This document shows positions 8,169 to 17,571 of a stretch of 38,696 nt of DNA, in pieces. The DNA is from a virus, in UHGV virus genome UHGV-0180316, one strand, 5' to 3'. Position 1 is the stretch's first letter, and each line of letters starts with the position of its first letter. Position numbers and translations under genes: made by a program. Under the pieces are notes generated by a model that searched no databases, was not told the DNA's origin, and saw only the letters and a program-made list of their open reading frames with translations.

Positions 8169-8510
8169 TTACCCTTTTATCGCCTTCATCGTTTTTGTGT
8201 GGTTAGCCTGTACAAGGCGGGGCTTCCCGCTGGCAAGCGTGTAGAATTGCTCCCGCAGGGCGCGGCCCTCTTCGATATTTTCACACCTGGCGGCGCTCAC
8301 CTCGGCTCCCACCTTGGAGACTTCCCCGGCGAGCATGCCGGTGACATTCGCCTGCTCCATGAGAAGCATGGGAGTGAGAGTGAACGCGCACCCCTCAAAG
8401 GAGGCGTTCACACTGTCCTTACTCCCGCTGTAGCTCATCCAGAGCTCACACCCGCCAGCTTTGTTGTGTTCGGGGCATTCCCCGAAGTTCCTGAAAGGAC
8501 ATCCCGCCAT
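8169..8510 (-). CDS. Cys-rich small protein (113 aa) translationally coupled to fiber 1
   Basis: Internal start MAGCPFRNFGECPEHNKAGGCELW at TAATG overlap with the fiber-1 stop; the upstream part of the 185-aa ORF is inside the fiber gene. Confidence 0.45.
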   Translation of the reverse strand: MAGCPFRNFGECPEHNKAGGCELWMSYSGSKDSVNASFEGCAFTLTPMLLMEQANVTGMLAGEVSKVGAEVSAARCENIEEGRALREQFYTLASGKPRLVQANHTKTMKAIKG

Positions 8511-9166
8511 TACACTCTCTCCGCTAAAATTGTATCCACATAATTCACGTTGAAATCTATACTGTGGGCATGGGCGTTGTTCCAGGTACCGTGCCCGTGG
8601 GAACCGTTGCCGCCGCTCCAGCCTACGGCATCTCCGTAATAGTTGCCAGAGCCGTTCTGTCCGCCGTAGCGGGCCACAGCCCATGCATCCCAGCCGCCGC
8701 CGCCAGCGTCGACAAAGAGTTCCCACAGACCGTGAGTGTGCGAGGGGATTTGTGCGAGAGAAAGCGTTGTCTCGTAAACGCCCATGGATATACTATTGCT
8801 GGTTGTTCCCCTGCCAGCCACGAAACAGTCAGTAAACGTTTTCCCGTTCGTCCGGCTTCCGGGCTTGCCGGAAGTAAGGCGCAGCGCGCAGTTGTCATAG
8901 TCAGTAATTTTCTTCCACCCGGAAGGAGCGACCTCCTGCTGGAAGAACATCCTGCATCCGGAAGGGAAATATTTATCAAAGTTAGTTTGTGCGCTGGAGA
9001 CGGCCGCCGCAATATCAGCGGATACATCCTCACGGTATGCCGCGAGATCCGCCATGAGCTGGCGGATAGCGTTGTTTATGTTAGACGGCAGGCACCCCTC
9101 AGCAACATTAATGCCGCTAATGGAGGTGTTGTTGTCTGCTGTGGTGCTGTAGTCAGAAATTGGCAT
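8510..9166 (-). CDS. tail fiber protein (fiber 1), tail-collar type
   Basis: True start MPISDYSTTADNNTSISGINVAEGCLPSNINNAIR (RBS GAAAGGGA), a conserved fiber N-terminus paralogous to fiber 2. PSGWKKITDYDNCALRL and LSLAQIPSHTHG collar-like motifs. Gly/His-rich C-terminus. Confidence 0.65.
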   Translation of the reverse strand: MPISDYSTTADNNTSISGINVAEGCLPSNINNAIRQLMADLAAYREDVSADIAAAVSSAQTNFDKYFPSGCRMFFQQEVAPSGWKKITDYDNCALRLTSGKPGSRTNGKTFTDCFVAGRGTTSNSISMGVYETTLSLAQIPSHTHGLWELFVDAGGGGWDAWAVARYGGQNGSGNYYGDAVGWSGGNGSHGHGTWNNAHAHSIDFNVNYVDTILAERV

Positions 9167-9185
9167 TTTATTTTCCCTTTCTCGT

Positions 9186-10670
9186 CTAGTCACCTCTGGC
9201 CATGGCGCCGAGGAGACCATCCAGAACCTGCTGACGGAATTCCCGAGAAGTCTGGTCCATGCCTGGCATATCAGCGACTCTTCCGCCGAGATAAGCAGTG
9301 GACGCGCGTCTTCTCGCATTGAGCAGATTTTGGGGGTTGTGCAGCCAGAACGCAGCCTGGCTCTTGAGCCATGGATCTCTCATGGCCGAAGTGAGGGCTG
9401 TGGTCACCATCGATGGCCCGAGTCCGCCCACAGAGCCAACGGCTCCTCCAGCAATAAGCCCCGGCATAGAGAGGATGTTCCAGTTGTTCGTGCGGCCTAC
9501 TCCTCTTTCCAGCTCTGTCATCAGGGACTGGATACGGCCGGAGCGCTGGTTGAGAGGCTTCACCTGGGGGGCGGCTTCCTCAATCCCTTCGCGAAGCCCC
9601 GAAGCAAGAGCCTTCTGTGCCTCCACCTCCGCAGATTTCAGCTCGCTGCCAGGCATATGCTTGTACGCCTTGTTGCCGAGACTGCGGTACGTCCCCTGTT
9701 TAATCTCCTGTGCCTGAAGCGGAGTGAGGGGGTGCCTGCCCCAGTTATCCTCGAAATCGAGAATCTGTTTCATTCCCGTGTCGAGGTCTTTCGTGGGAGA
9801 GACCTGAGAACGAAGCTTGTTGTTGATGGTGTCCAGGGCGTAGTCCATAACGAATCCGGGATCGATGGTTTTACCCTCGCCTTTGGCTTTTTCGAGAACG
9901 TCCGTCACCTGATCATCCAAATCTCTGACTATACCGGAGGCCTTGCTGTATCCGCCTCTTGTCACGGGGATGCGTTCGTCAAGCCCCGTCTGAATAAGGG
10001 CGTCTCTCTCGGCCGGCTTGAGCGTTGTGCTCGGCTTGAGCGCTCCCTGATACAGCCTGCGGGCAAAATATTCACTGGCTCTGGGGATAACCGCATTCAT
10101 CGGATCAACGGCGGCAGACGCTCTACCCAAAGCATCCCCAGCGGAAGACGCGGCGCTGCCCAGTGTCCCCAGGGCATTGCCGGCCCGGGCTGCGCCCAGA
10201 CCTCTGGCGGCTCTGCCCGCGCCTTTGGTCAGTGCGCCGACGCCCCTGAGAGCTCCGGAGCCGCCGGTAAAAGGAGTGGACATGTCGGCCAGGATGCCAA
10301 CAGGGTCCTGAGCCAGGGCGTTCTTGAAGCCTTCGGAGCTGCCATAGCGGGACTTGACGTAGTTTAACAGTCCATCAACGTAGCGCTCCTGCCCCTGTTC
10401 CCCGGGAATCAGCTTTTCCGCGGCGCCAGCGGCGAGCCCGCCCAGAGCCGTAGCCGTATCTATAGGATGCAGCACGACATTGGCCATATCTCCCAACGTG
10501 TTGGCGGCAGACCTGGGAATATTTTTTATGGCCGACACTGCGGCATCCCCCCAGCTCATGGCTGGCCGGATAACACCTCGCCTGACAGCCTCTTCATAAG
10601 CGTCTTTCTGCGGCCCCTGCAGGAGGCCACGCTCGTATGCCTCTCTCAGTAGCTCTTCTCGGGTTGCCAT
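9186..10670 (-). CDS. virion-associated / ejection protein (494 aa)
   Basis: Long Ala/Gly-rich ORF in the structural operon upstream of the fibers; no catalytic motif seen. Confidence 0.5.
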   Translation of the reverse strand: MATREELLREAYERGLLQGPQKDAYEEAVRRGVIRPAMSWGDAAVSAIKNIPRSAANTLGDMANVVLHPIDTATALGGLAAGAAEKLIPGEQGQERYVDGLLNYVKSRYGSSEGFKNALAQDPVGILADMSTPFTGGSGALRGVGALTKGAGRAARGLGAARAGNALGTLGSAASSAGDALGRASAAVDPMNAVIPRASEYFARRLYQGALKPSTTLKPAERDALIQTGLDERIPVTRGGYSKASGIVRDLDDQVTDVLEKAKGEGKTIDPGFVMDYALDTINNKLRSQVSPTKDLDTGMKQILDFEDNWGRHPLTPLQAQEIKQGTYRSLGNKAYKHMPGSELKSAEVEAQKALASGLREGIEEAAPQVKPLNQRSGRIQSLMTELERGVGRTNNWNILSMPGLIAGGAVGSVGGLGPSMVTTALTSAMRDPWLKSQAAFWLHNPQNLLNARRRASTAYLGGRVADMPGMDQTSREFRQQVLDGLLGAMARGD

Positions 10671-10679
10671 GTTCTCTCC

Positions 10680-12581
10680 TTATAGCCCCAGCTGTCTGCG
10701 CAGCTCGTCGTTACTCATATCCGCGGCACGCTTGCCTGAAGCATCCCTGGCCGGAGCCGCTCCCTGCCGGCCTGCTTTTTGAGCGTCGGCGTTGCCGGCA
10801 CTCTGGAGATACGCATTGACCTCGCCATCCAGATCCCTGAAGGGTGTGTATATCAGGCCGTCGATTGTTTTCGGGGCGATACCAAGCCCCGTCATCATAT
10901 TGCGGTAGTACGCCTCGATGCCCCGCTGCTCTTTCTCTCTCTCAGCGAAAACAGCCAGACCCGTGCGCACGATATCGGCGCGCTGGGAAGGACTCAGACG
11001 CTCTCCGCTCCTGATCTGCTGCAGGTAGTTGGCCACCTGTGTGGGCAGGCCTTCCGTGCTCTGTGCGTTGCGGAACTCGCCTTCGCGCACAACAGACGTG
11101 GGGTCGAGCATTTTGTTGAAGGCGTACAAAAGTGCCACATCTGACACGCCGTTCCCCTGCCTGGCATAGGACAGGAGGTTGGAGAGGTTTTGGCCATAGG
11201 TGCGATAGTCCTTGATATCGGCCATGTAGTCTTTACGGAGGCGGTTTCCCTGGTCAAAAAGATCGGCTTCCGCTTTTCTGGCGATATCATCTTTTCTGTT
11301 TGCTCCGGCGACGATGGCATTGCGCTTGTCCCTGAGGGCCCCCAGGACAGATTCGGCCCGCTGCCGGCTTTCCGCGTCCGGCGCGTTGGCAATCAGGGCT
11401 GTAATCTGCTGTATCCTGGCGTCCAGCGACCCGAGGTCGTCAGACTGGCCGCTCTGCCCGGAGCTCTGAGGCTGTCTCAACATGCCCAGTATCTGCCCCT
11501 GCTCACGCTCGAAGCGGGGTCTAAGCTTGGCCATAAAACCAGGATCCTCTTTGAGCTGATTAACGAACTCGCCAGGATTGGCCCTTCCGGCGTACGTGCC
11601 CCTGACAAGAGCTTCGAGCTGTGCTTCCGGGGTCTGCGTCTTGTCCACGCCTTTCCAGGCAGAGTTGAGAAGGCGGACGGCACCGCCCACTCCATGCTGA
11701 GCGGCAGTGGAGGCGAGCATCTGGATGAAAGCCGGGTTCTGGGCAAAGGCGTCCATGCCGGACCCTTTCAGCCTGGAAAGAGCAGGCTCAACAAACTGCT
11801 GCCTAAAAAAAGTATTCTGGGCGTCAGCCATCTGCCCACCGAGGGAGCTCTTCGATGCTGCCTCCCAGGCTCTGTTGAAGGCAGGCGTCCCAGGCTGAAC
11901 AGCCCCGCCCCCCAGAGCCTGATAAAGGCCGGGGTTGGAGTGCTGCAGATAGCCAAGGAACTGCCACATGCTGTTTCCGGGAAGGGTGTTAAACTGATAG
12001 CGGCCATAAGACGTAGACCCGCCCCTGTCCGGGGAGACAGCCCATGGGTTGCCCCCGGATTCGGACTGTGCCGCTATGCTGTACGGATCCGATCCATCAG
12101 GAATCATGGCCGCTCCGTAAGGCGACGGGCGCATACCTCCCGCCCCGGTCAGGGCAGCGTTGAAGTCTGCCTGTCTGGCCGCATTTTCCTGGTCCCTCTG
12201 CATCCGCCCGAGAGCCATGCTCCTCGTCAGGTCAAGATTGGTGAGGGCGAGCTGCCTGTTGAATGCCCTGTCCTGCTGCGCGGCATCCCACTGCGCTCTG
12301 GCGAAGGCATCCTGCGTTCTCTGTCTGTCCTGCTGGTATCCAAGCATTCCGGCCGTACCCAGTGCACCGAGAGCGTCGAGCCCGCCGCGGCCAAGGAGCT
12401 GCCCGAAACTTCTTCTGCCGTTGTTGTTGGCAAGAATAGACAGGGCCGTTACCCCGGCAAGGAACCCGGGGTTGCCGGAAACGACATCAGCCATAGATAC
12501 ATTTTTCGGTGCAGGCTGTACGCCGCCCCACATGCCGAGAAGGCCGCCCGGCGTCTGCCCGTTATCGTATGGGTACGCCAT
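10680..12581 (-). CDS. virion protein with lytic transglycosylase (SLT)-like motif; probable DNA-ejection / peptidoglycan-piercing protein
   Basis: IAAQSESGGNPWAVSPDRGGSTSYGRYQFN matches the SLT catalytic ES...GxxQ signature; ATG overlaps the stop of the upstream gene. Confidence 0.6.
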   Translation of the reverse strand: MAYPYDNGQTPGGLLGMWGGVQPAPKNVSMADVVSGNPGFLAGVTALSILANNNGRRSFGQLLGRGGLDALGALGTAGMLGYQQDRQRTQDAFARAQWDAAQQDRAFNRQLALTNLDLTRSMALGRMQRDQENAARQADFNAALTGAGGMRPSPYGAAMIPDGSDPYSIAAQSESGGNPWAVSPDRGGSTSYGRYQFNTLPGNSMWQFLGYLQHSNPGLYQALGGGAVQPGTPAFNRAWEAASKSSLGGQMADAQNTFFRQQFVEPALSRLKGSGMDAFAQNPAFIQMLASTAAQHGVGGAVRLLNSAWKGVDKTQTPEAQLEALVRGTYAGRANPGEFVNQLKEDPGFMAKLRPRFEREQGQILGMLRQPQSSGQSGQSDDLGSLDARIQQITALIANAPDAESRQRAESVLGALRDKRNAIVAGANRKDDIARKAEADLFDQGNRLRKDYMADIKDYRTYGQNLSNLLSYARQGNGVSDVALLYAFNKMLDPTSVVREGEFRNAQSTEGLPTQVANYLQQIRSGERLSPSQRADIVRTGLAVFAEREKEQRGIEAYYRNMMTGLGIAPKTIDGLIYTPFRDLDGEVNAYLQSAGNADAQKAGRQGAAPARDASGKRAADMSNDELRRQLGL

Positions 12582-13435
12582 TACTTGCCGCCCCCCTTGC
12601 CGCCGCTGTCTGTCTCGGTAGTACTCTCACCTTGGCCGCCGTAAGAGCCGCCAACCAAATTCAGGTAATTCTGCAGGGCGAGCATGTCTTTCTGCTGGTT
12701 GTAGTTCCAGCGGTCAACGTCAGCGTCAACTTTACTCTGGTTGTAATCATCCAGAGAAGACCCGGCCTGAGCGAGCTGCGCTGCATCCGTATATGCCTGA
12801 TTGCTCAGAGACTGCGCAGGGGTTGCCGCGGCAATCTGGGAGTTCACGCCCTGATTGTACGCGTTCGCGGCATTGCCCGCCGCGTTTACGGCCTGATTGT
12901 AAGCGTTGGAATACATCTCATTCGCGAGGTTCTGGTCAGCATCCGCAACAGCGTTCGCCTGTGCACCCGAGCCGTAACGTCCAGCCTGAGAAAAATTGCC
13001 GTTGATTGTGGCGTTCGCCTTGTCAGCCGCATGACTGTAAAGGCTGTCTATGTACGGGTTCGTGGACTGCGCATACTGATTGAGCGCGTTTAGGCCTGTG
13101 TTGCCAGCCATAGCCGAACCGTTAAGGATGTTCGCCATACTGGACGCCGCGTTATCAATATTCGCGTCACCGCCCGTTGCGCGGGCGTTAATCATGTTGC
13201 GGGCCGTAGTCGTGTATCCCGATTCATCCGCTACCGTAGAATTAGGGTAGTAATCACCTGCGAGGCCGCCCGACTCATAGAGCCGCGCCGCTTCGGGAAA
13301 GACGCCTTTGACTTCTACGCCCTGAGAATTTTTGCCCCCGATAAGATAGGGGATCTGTGCGCCCCAAGGGGCCGCACTGCTGGTAGTGGTGGATTCTCCA
13401 CCGCCGCCGCCTTTTCCGCCGCCTCCGCCGCCCAT
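12581..13435 (-). CDS. Gly/Ala/Asn-rich virion protein
   Basis: MGGGGGGKGGGGGE... N-terminus and GGKGGGK C-terminus, low complexity; translationally coupled downstream. Confidence 0.5.
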   Translation of the reverse strand: MGGGGGGKGGGGGESTTTSSAAPWGAQIPYLIGGKNSQGVEVKGVFPEAARLYESGGLAGDYYPNSTVADESGYTTTARNMINARATGGDANIDNAASSMANILNGSAMAGNTGLNALNQYAQSTNPYIDSLYSHAADKANATINGNFSQAGRYGSGAQANAVADADQNLANEMYSNAYNQAVNAAGNAANAYNQGVNSQIAAATPAQSLSNQAYTDAAQLAQAGSSLDDYNQSKVDADVDRWNYNQQKDMLALQNYLNLVGGSYGGQGESTTETDSGGKGGGK

Positions 13436-13449
13436 AGCGAAACCTCCGT

Positions 13450-13995
13450 TTATAAATCAAGCCCCGATACCGGGACGGTCATTCTTGTATGTTCTGTCAC
13501 TATACCGTCAATATTTTGACGCCTGCTGTAGATGTAGCACGAACCGGGCAATCTAGCCACATCCCGCCCCCCTGCCAGATGAGCGACTTTGAGCGCCGGC
13601 TCATTCGTTGCGGCCACCGTCCCAAGGACGCGGTCAATCGCGTATTCCCCGTCTTTCCTGGCATAAAGCCATTGCGCGAGCATCCCCACGGTTACAGCTA
13701 TCTGTAAAGGCATCCCCTCATAACGCCGCACGCCGCAGGGGAGCGTACAGAAGTGCCCCCATGCCGTGCGCCCGCTGACATTGTTAAGGGCAAACATCGC
13801 CAGCAGTTCACCGTTCAGCAGAATGAACCACGGCAGGTTGTTACCATTCCGGCACCACCGGATAAAGTCCGGCAAAGAGACTTCCGGCCGGTCATAGAAG
13901 AACTTTTCAAGCCGTCCGGAGGCCCTAGCTTTCTCCCAGAAGAAAGCAAGCCCCAGGTTGCTCACGTTATCAATGAACTGATAATCAAGCCCCAT
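13450..13995 (-). CDS. GNAT-like (RimJ/RimL-type) acetyltransferase-fold protein within the virion gene block
   Basis: Start at internal Met (ATGA overlap with the upstream stop). WFILLNGELLAMFALNNVSGRTAWGHF beta-strand pattern and C-terminal NEPALKVAHLAGGR...G resembling the GNAT N.xS.RVxEKxGF.xxG helix. Confidence 0.4.
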   Translation of the reverse strand: MGLDYQFIDNVSNLGLAFFWEKARASGRLEKFFYDRPEVSLPDFIRWCRNGNNLPWFILLNGELLAMFALNNVSGRTAWGHFCTLPCGVRRYEGMPLQIAVTVGMLAQWLYARKDGEYAIDRVLGTVAATNEPALKVAHLAGGRDVARLPGSCYIYSRRQNIDGIVTEHTRMTVPVSGLDL

Positions 13996-14492
13996 CAGAA
14001 CCACTTCCCAAGATTGTATTTTGCCCGCTCCAGCCATCCGGCATCAGGGCCGGGCATAGTGTTACCGTTGCGGTCGTAGTACGTAGGATTTGTGCCGGGC
14101 GGAACCGCCTCCCCCGTATAAGGCATGTACAGCGTTCGGTTGAGGTGCAGGCCGTATTCAGGGCGAAGGCCGGAACGCTCCATGGCCGCCTTATCTTCAG
14201 GCGTCATCTGCGCGGCGCCTTCAGCGGCCTGCTGTGCCGTTCCCTGCCGCTGATACTGTGGGTCGGGGACGCTTACACTCATATACGCCGGCGTCCCCTG
14301 TCCCATGAAATAGAGAAGACCCCCGAGGCCCGCAAGGTCAACGGGTGGGTCATTGGGGACGGATACGGCCGGAGCCTGCACACGGGGAATTGCGCCACCA
14401 GCCCCAGCGGCCGCGGTAGTCTTGCCCGCCGGCGTCTTGTAAAGGCCGCCGTACTGCGGGGTATTATTTCTGGAAAAACCGGATCCTGCCAT
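13995..14492 (-). CDS. hypothetical virion protein
   Basis: 165-aa Pro/Gly/Ala-rich ORF in the structural operon. Confidence 0.45.
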   Translation of the reverse strand: MAGSGFSRNNTPQYGGLYKTPAGKTTAAAGAGGAIPRVQAPAVSVPNDPPVDLAGLGGLLYFMGQGTPAYMSVSVPDPQYQRQGTAQQAAEGAAQMTPEDKAAMERSGLRPEYGLHLNRTLYMPYTGEAVPPGTNPTYYDRNGNTMPGPDAGWLERAKYNLGKWF

Positions 14493-14884
14493 TAGAACAG
14501 ACCTCCAAGAAGACCGTTAAGAGCGCCCATGCCGGCGCCTACAGCGGCGCCCGTGGGGCCGAAGAGAGAACCTACAGCGCCACCCATACCGGCGTTGCCG
14601 AGTACCTGACTTTGGCCGGAAGTGAGTTTCCCGTTCCCGTTCATCATTCCGAGAAGGCCGCCGAGGCTCCCCACCGTGCCCATAACACCATTCAGGCCGC
14701 TGCTCTGCTGCGTGGCCATGCCGGGCGCCTGCATCTGCTGGAAACCGGCGCCGCCTCCCTGCTGAGTAACAGGGGGCGTGACTGTTCCGGCAGGGCGGGA
14801 ATACTGTCCCGTAGTGGCCGCGCCTATCTGCCCCTGCTGGAGCCCGTTCTGCCTGAGAAAGGGGTTATTGTACTGCGTCATCAT
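14492..14884 (-). CDS. Gly/Gln-rich hypothetical virion protein
   Basis: Low-complexity Gly/Met-rich 130-aa ORF; ATG overlaps the downstream gene. Confidence 0.45.
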   Translation of the reverse strand: MMTQYNNPFLRQNGLQQGQIGAATTGQYSRPAGTVTPPVTQQGGGAGFQQMQAPGMATQQSSGLNGVMGTVGSLGGLLGMMNGNGKLTSGQSQVLGNAGMGGAVGSLFGPTGAAVGAGMGALNGLLGGLF

Positions 14885-14897
14885 ATTTCTGCCTCCT

Positions 14898-15200
14898 CTA
14901 ACTTCCGAAAATCAGCCATACCCACGAGCCCGTACCCGAGCCCGTAAGCGTAAAAGTCATTTCCCCACGGGTCATAGAGGAAAGGAACCACGTCATGCCC
15001 GCCGCGTCCGCGTTGAGAGGTACGAGCAGGGCTACACGGCCGGCACGGCACCGCGGATCCCTGATTGTCTTATCACCGGCTCCCGCCGTAAAAGTACCCG
15101 TATTGAGCGTTTCGCCCGCGATAGCGCCATTCACCGCGAGCGCTAAAGCCGTCATCTGTTCAGGCGTAGCCTTTGGGTAAATCGCGACCTGCCGCGCCAT
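14898..15200 (-). CDS. hypothetical virion protein
   Basis: 100-aa ORF tightly packed in the operon. Confidence 0.4.
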   Translation of the reverse strand: MARQVAIYPKATPEQMTALALAVNGAIAGETLNTGTFTAGAGDKTIRDPRCRAGRVALLVPLNADAAGMTWFLSSMTRGEMTFTLTGSGTGSWVWLIFGS

Positions 15201-16681
15201 TACATGCCCCCTTCAGGCTCTATAAGAGCCTCTACACCGTGAGCGTCACGCCATGCCGTACCGCCGCCCGGTATAACAACACGGGCCGACAGATAGTTTG
15301 TGCTGATATGCTGGTAGCATACGCCATCCCTGCTTTGAGACCGAAGCGGCCCGTATTTCGGCTGTTCCAGCTGTCTCGTTCTGTATATGGGAAGCGCTTT
15401 TGCGTCTCCACGGTCAACAAGCGGACGCAGGCCGTGCACCATCATCCGGTCGCCGCCGATTTCCTGCGTCTCTATGACAGCCTCTAGCGGCTTCCCGTTC
15501 AGCACGCCCATGTACCCTTCGGAATCGAAACAGCCCATCAGGGAACGGCCGGTCATGAATGCAGGCACATCCAGAGAGCCAAAGGGGAGCGTATCCAGTG
15601 TGCCGTACTTATCGAGGTCATCTAGCGTTTCGCCGCGGGCGTAATCACCAAAAAGCGTTTGCACGGAAAGAACGCCGTAAGACCACTTATCGAGGTCGTA
15701 GGAATAGATAAGTACTCTGTCCAGTACGCCGGCTCCCGCCACTTTGGAGGGGAAAGCCCAGATGCAGATACGGTTTACGGGGTCATGCCATCCGACGATT
15801 TCAGAAATCCGTGTATGTTCAACCTGCGAGAAGAACCAGGTATCAATGCGCTCAATCCCGAGGGCCTTTGTTGAAGTCCCGTCCGTGATGTACCAGCCGT
15901 CATCGGAAAGGTAGATGCACCCTATCCCGAAATTGACGGGGCTTTTGGGTGCAAGCAGGCCGCGCACAGCGTCAATCTGTTTAAAGTTGAAGACGTAAGG
16001 CGGCCCCACGTAGGCCATGCGCTGAACGGCCCGCTCAAGGAACACGATGCCGTCAGTCTGCCCCACGGCGCCCATGACGGCCATAACGCGGCCGCCTTCG
16101 GGAAAATGCTGATAATCTGACTGTTTGGCGGCGGCGTCATCCGTACCCGGCTCAGGCCACGTGTCGGGGTCATCCATAGCCGACCATCGGATGCGCTGCC
16201 GGTTGCCCGTCAGATCCCCGAGAACAAGGAACTCCTTCACAATCGCCATGCATTGGGCTGTTGGTGCGCTCGAGACAGCGGAAAAATCACCGAACCCGCC
16301 CGAGACGGTGGACTTATATAAGCTCGTACCGTACAGCATATATAGAGACGGCCCCCAGTTGGCGAAAACGCGGTTGGTGCTGACTGTCTCGTCTGTGAGC
16401 TTGGCAACCCATTCCCCGCCCTGCAGGGCGTACACGGGGCCGGAGGAAGAAGCGGCGAGCGTGAGCAGATCGCCGTTGACATCGCGGAGCGTGCAGGCCG
16501 CGAGGCACCGCCCGCCCGGCAGCTGGGGAAAAGAGAGGCGGGACACACCCGGCATATACCTGTAGCCGCGCTTGCCCGGGATGACATTGCGGGCTTCCGG
16601 CGCCTGCTGACCATTGAGCAGTACATCGTCCGGCTCCCACGCTCCGAATTGCAGAAGAACCTTTTTAGCCTGATTACTCAC
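15200..16681 (-). CDS. tail or tail-hub structural protein (493 aa)
   Basis: Large beta-rich ORF between the head-completion genes and the ejection proteins; position-based call. Confidence 0.5.
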   Translation of the reverse strand: MSNQAKKVLLQFGAWEPDDVLLNGQQAPEARNVIPGKRGYRYMPGVSRLSFPQLPGGRCLAACTLRDVNGDLLTLAASSSGPVYALQGGEWVAKLTDETVSTNRVFANWGPSLYMLYGTSLYKSTVSGGFGDFSAVSSAPTAQCMAIVKEFLVLGDLTGNRQRIRWSAMDDPDTWPEPGTDDAAAKQSDYQHFPEGGRVMAVMGAVGQTDGIVFLERAVQRMAYVGPPYVFNFKQIDAVRGLLAPKSPVNFGIGCIYLSDDGWYITDGTSTKALGIERIDTWFFSQVEHTRISEIVGWHDPVNRICIWAFPSKVAGAGVLDRVLIYSYDLDKWSYGVLSVQTLFGDYARGETLDDLDKYGTLDTLPFGSLDVPAFMTGRSLMGCFDSEGYMGVLNGKPLEAVIETQEIGGDRMMVHGLRPLVDRGDAKALPIYRTRQLEQPKYGPLRSQSRDGVCYQHISTNYLSARVVIPGGGTAWRDAHGVEALIEPEGGM

Positions 16682-17196
16682 TCAATGTCCCCCCCCGTCT
16701 GCTGCGAAAATGTACCGGTGCGCACCCATACGCCGTTGGGGCGCTCATCTTCCGTCCACACGCCCGTAACGCGGTCTTCCGGGGACCATGCCCAGCCGCG
16801 GAAGGTAAAGCGCAGCTGCTGCCCCGTTCCCCAGTCATCAGGGCAAGCAAAAAAGCGCACTCTGATATAACTGAAGGTTTCACCGCTTGTGGCTCCAGCT
16901 GTACCCGCATACACGATGCCGCGCCTGTAGGTGAGGTTGCCGCCCGACAGAATGGCACAGGGGGAAACGGCATCGCCGGGTACCCACGCCCTGCGGGTGA
17001 AGAACCCGCCGCCCGTCTGTGCATGTCCTTCAGGGGCATACCGCCTTGCGCGGACAAGCCTTTCACTTTCCCCCGGCACGGCATTGAATACGGCGTCATC
17101 TCCGGCGATATAAGGGTCGTCCAGAGAGACGGTTCCCATGCCGTCTATGTCCGCGCCGAAATGGCGGTCAAAATCGTCAAGGGTGAAGTCGCGCAT
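16678..17196 (-). CDS. hypothetical virion protein
   Basis: 172-aa ORF, overlaps the downstream gene by 4 nt. Confidence 0.45.
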   Translation of the reverse strand: MRDFTLDDFDRHFGADIDGMGTVSLDDPYIAGDDAVFNAVPGESERLVRARRYAPEGHAQTGGGFFTRRAWVPGDAVSPCAILSGGNLTYRRGIVYAGTAGATSGETFSYIRVRFFACPDDWGTGQQLRFTFRGWAWSPEDRVTGVWTEDERPNGVWVRTGTFSQQTGGDIE

Positions 17197-17570
17197 TAGT
17201 CTATGGTGAGCTTCAAATCACCGGCATGCACGATAATTGTGTCGTTCGCGGACAGCTCTTTGGCTGTAGACAGGGAGCCGTACCACACGAGGTTGCCGCC
17301 CGTAGCGGCGTCATACACGCCCCACGCGACCACGGTTCCCCATCCTGCCGTTGCCGTTGGGAATTCAATTGCGGCGGCGTTGGTCATGCTGGAAGGGTCG
17401 CCGGATACCGGCGCCGCAAACGTAATCGCCTGTCTGGCATACGCGCCGCCGGTTACTTCGGTGCCGTCCGTGCTGTCAGTAGGCAGTGCCGTTAGCACAC
17501 CGAGGTAATACGTCTTGGCACTCTTGACCAACCCGAGTACATACGTTTCCCCGTAATTCGTTAGGCTCAT
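17196..17570 (-). CDS. hypothetical small virion protein
   Basis: 124-aa Thr/Ala/Gly-rich beta-type ORF after the adaptor-like gene. Confidence 0.45.
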   Translation of the reverse strand: MSLTNYGETYVLGLVKSAKTYYLGVLTALPTDSTDGTEVTGGAYARQAITFAAPVSGDPSSMTNAAAIEFPTATAGWGTVVAWGVYDAATGGNLVWYGSLSTAKELSANDTIIVHAGDLKLTID

Positions 17571-17571
17571 T

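Noticed and set aside
8510-9319. Tail fiber 1 starting at 9319 with a 51-aa N-terminal extension overlapping the upstream 494-aa gene
   Set aside because: The conserved fiber N-terminus (MPISDYSTTADNNT...) begins at the internal Met at 9166, with its own RBS and homology to the fiber-2 N-terminus. The extension is a frame artefact.
6000-9400. DNA invertase or shufflon system switching the two tail fibers
   Set aside because: No recombinase gene and no inverted crossover repeats between the fiber genes. Both fibers are complete and co-directional.
10680-12581. Tape-measure protein call for the 633-aa ORF
   Set aside because: It has no long coiled-coil or repeat character. It is moderate in size, carries an SLT-like motif, and the genome has a P22-like portal and no major tail tube or sheath genes. 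An ejection or internal virion protein is more consistent.
13450-14492. GNAT toxin plus antitoxin (AtaT/TacT-like TA pair)
   Set aside because: The upstream 165-aa gene is not an RHH/DUF1778 antitoxin, and the pair sits inside the structural operon. A TA interpretation is not supported.
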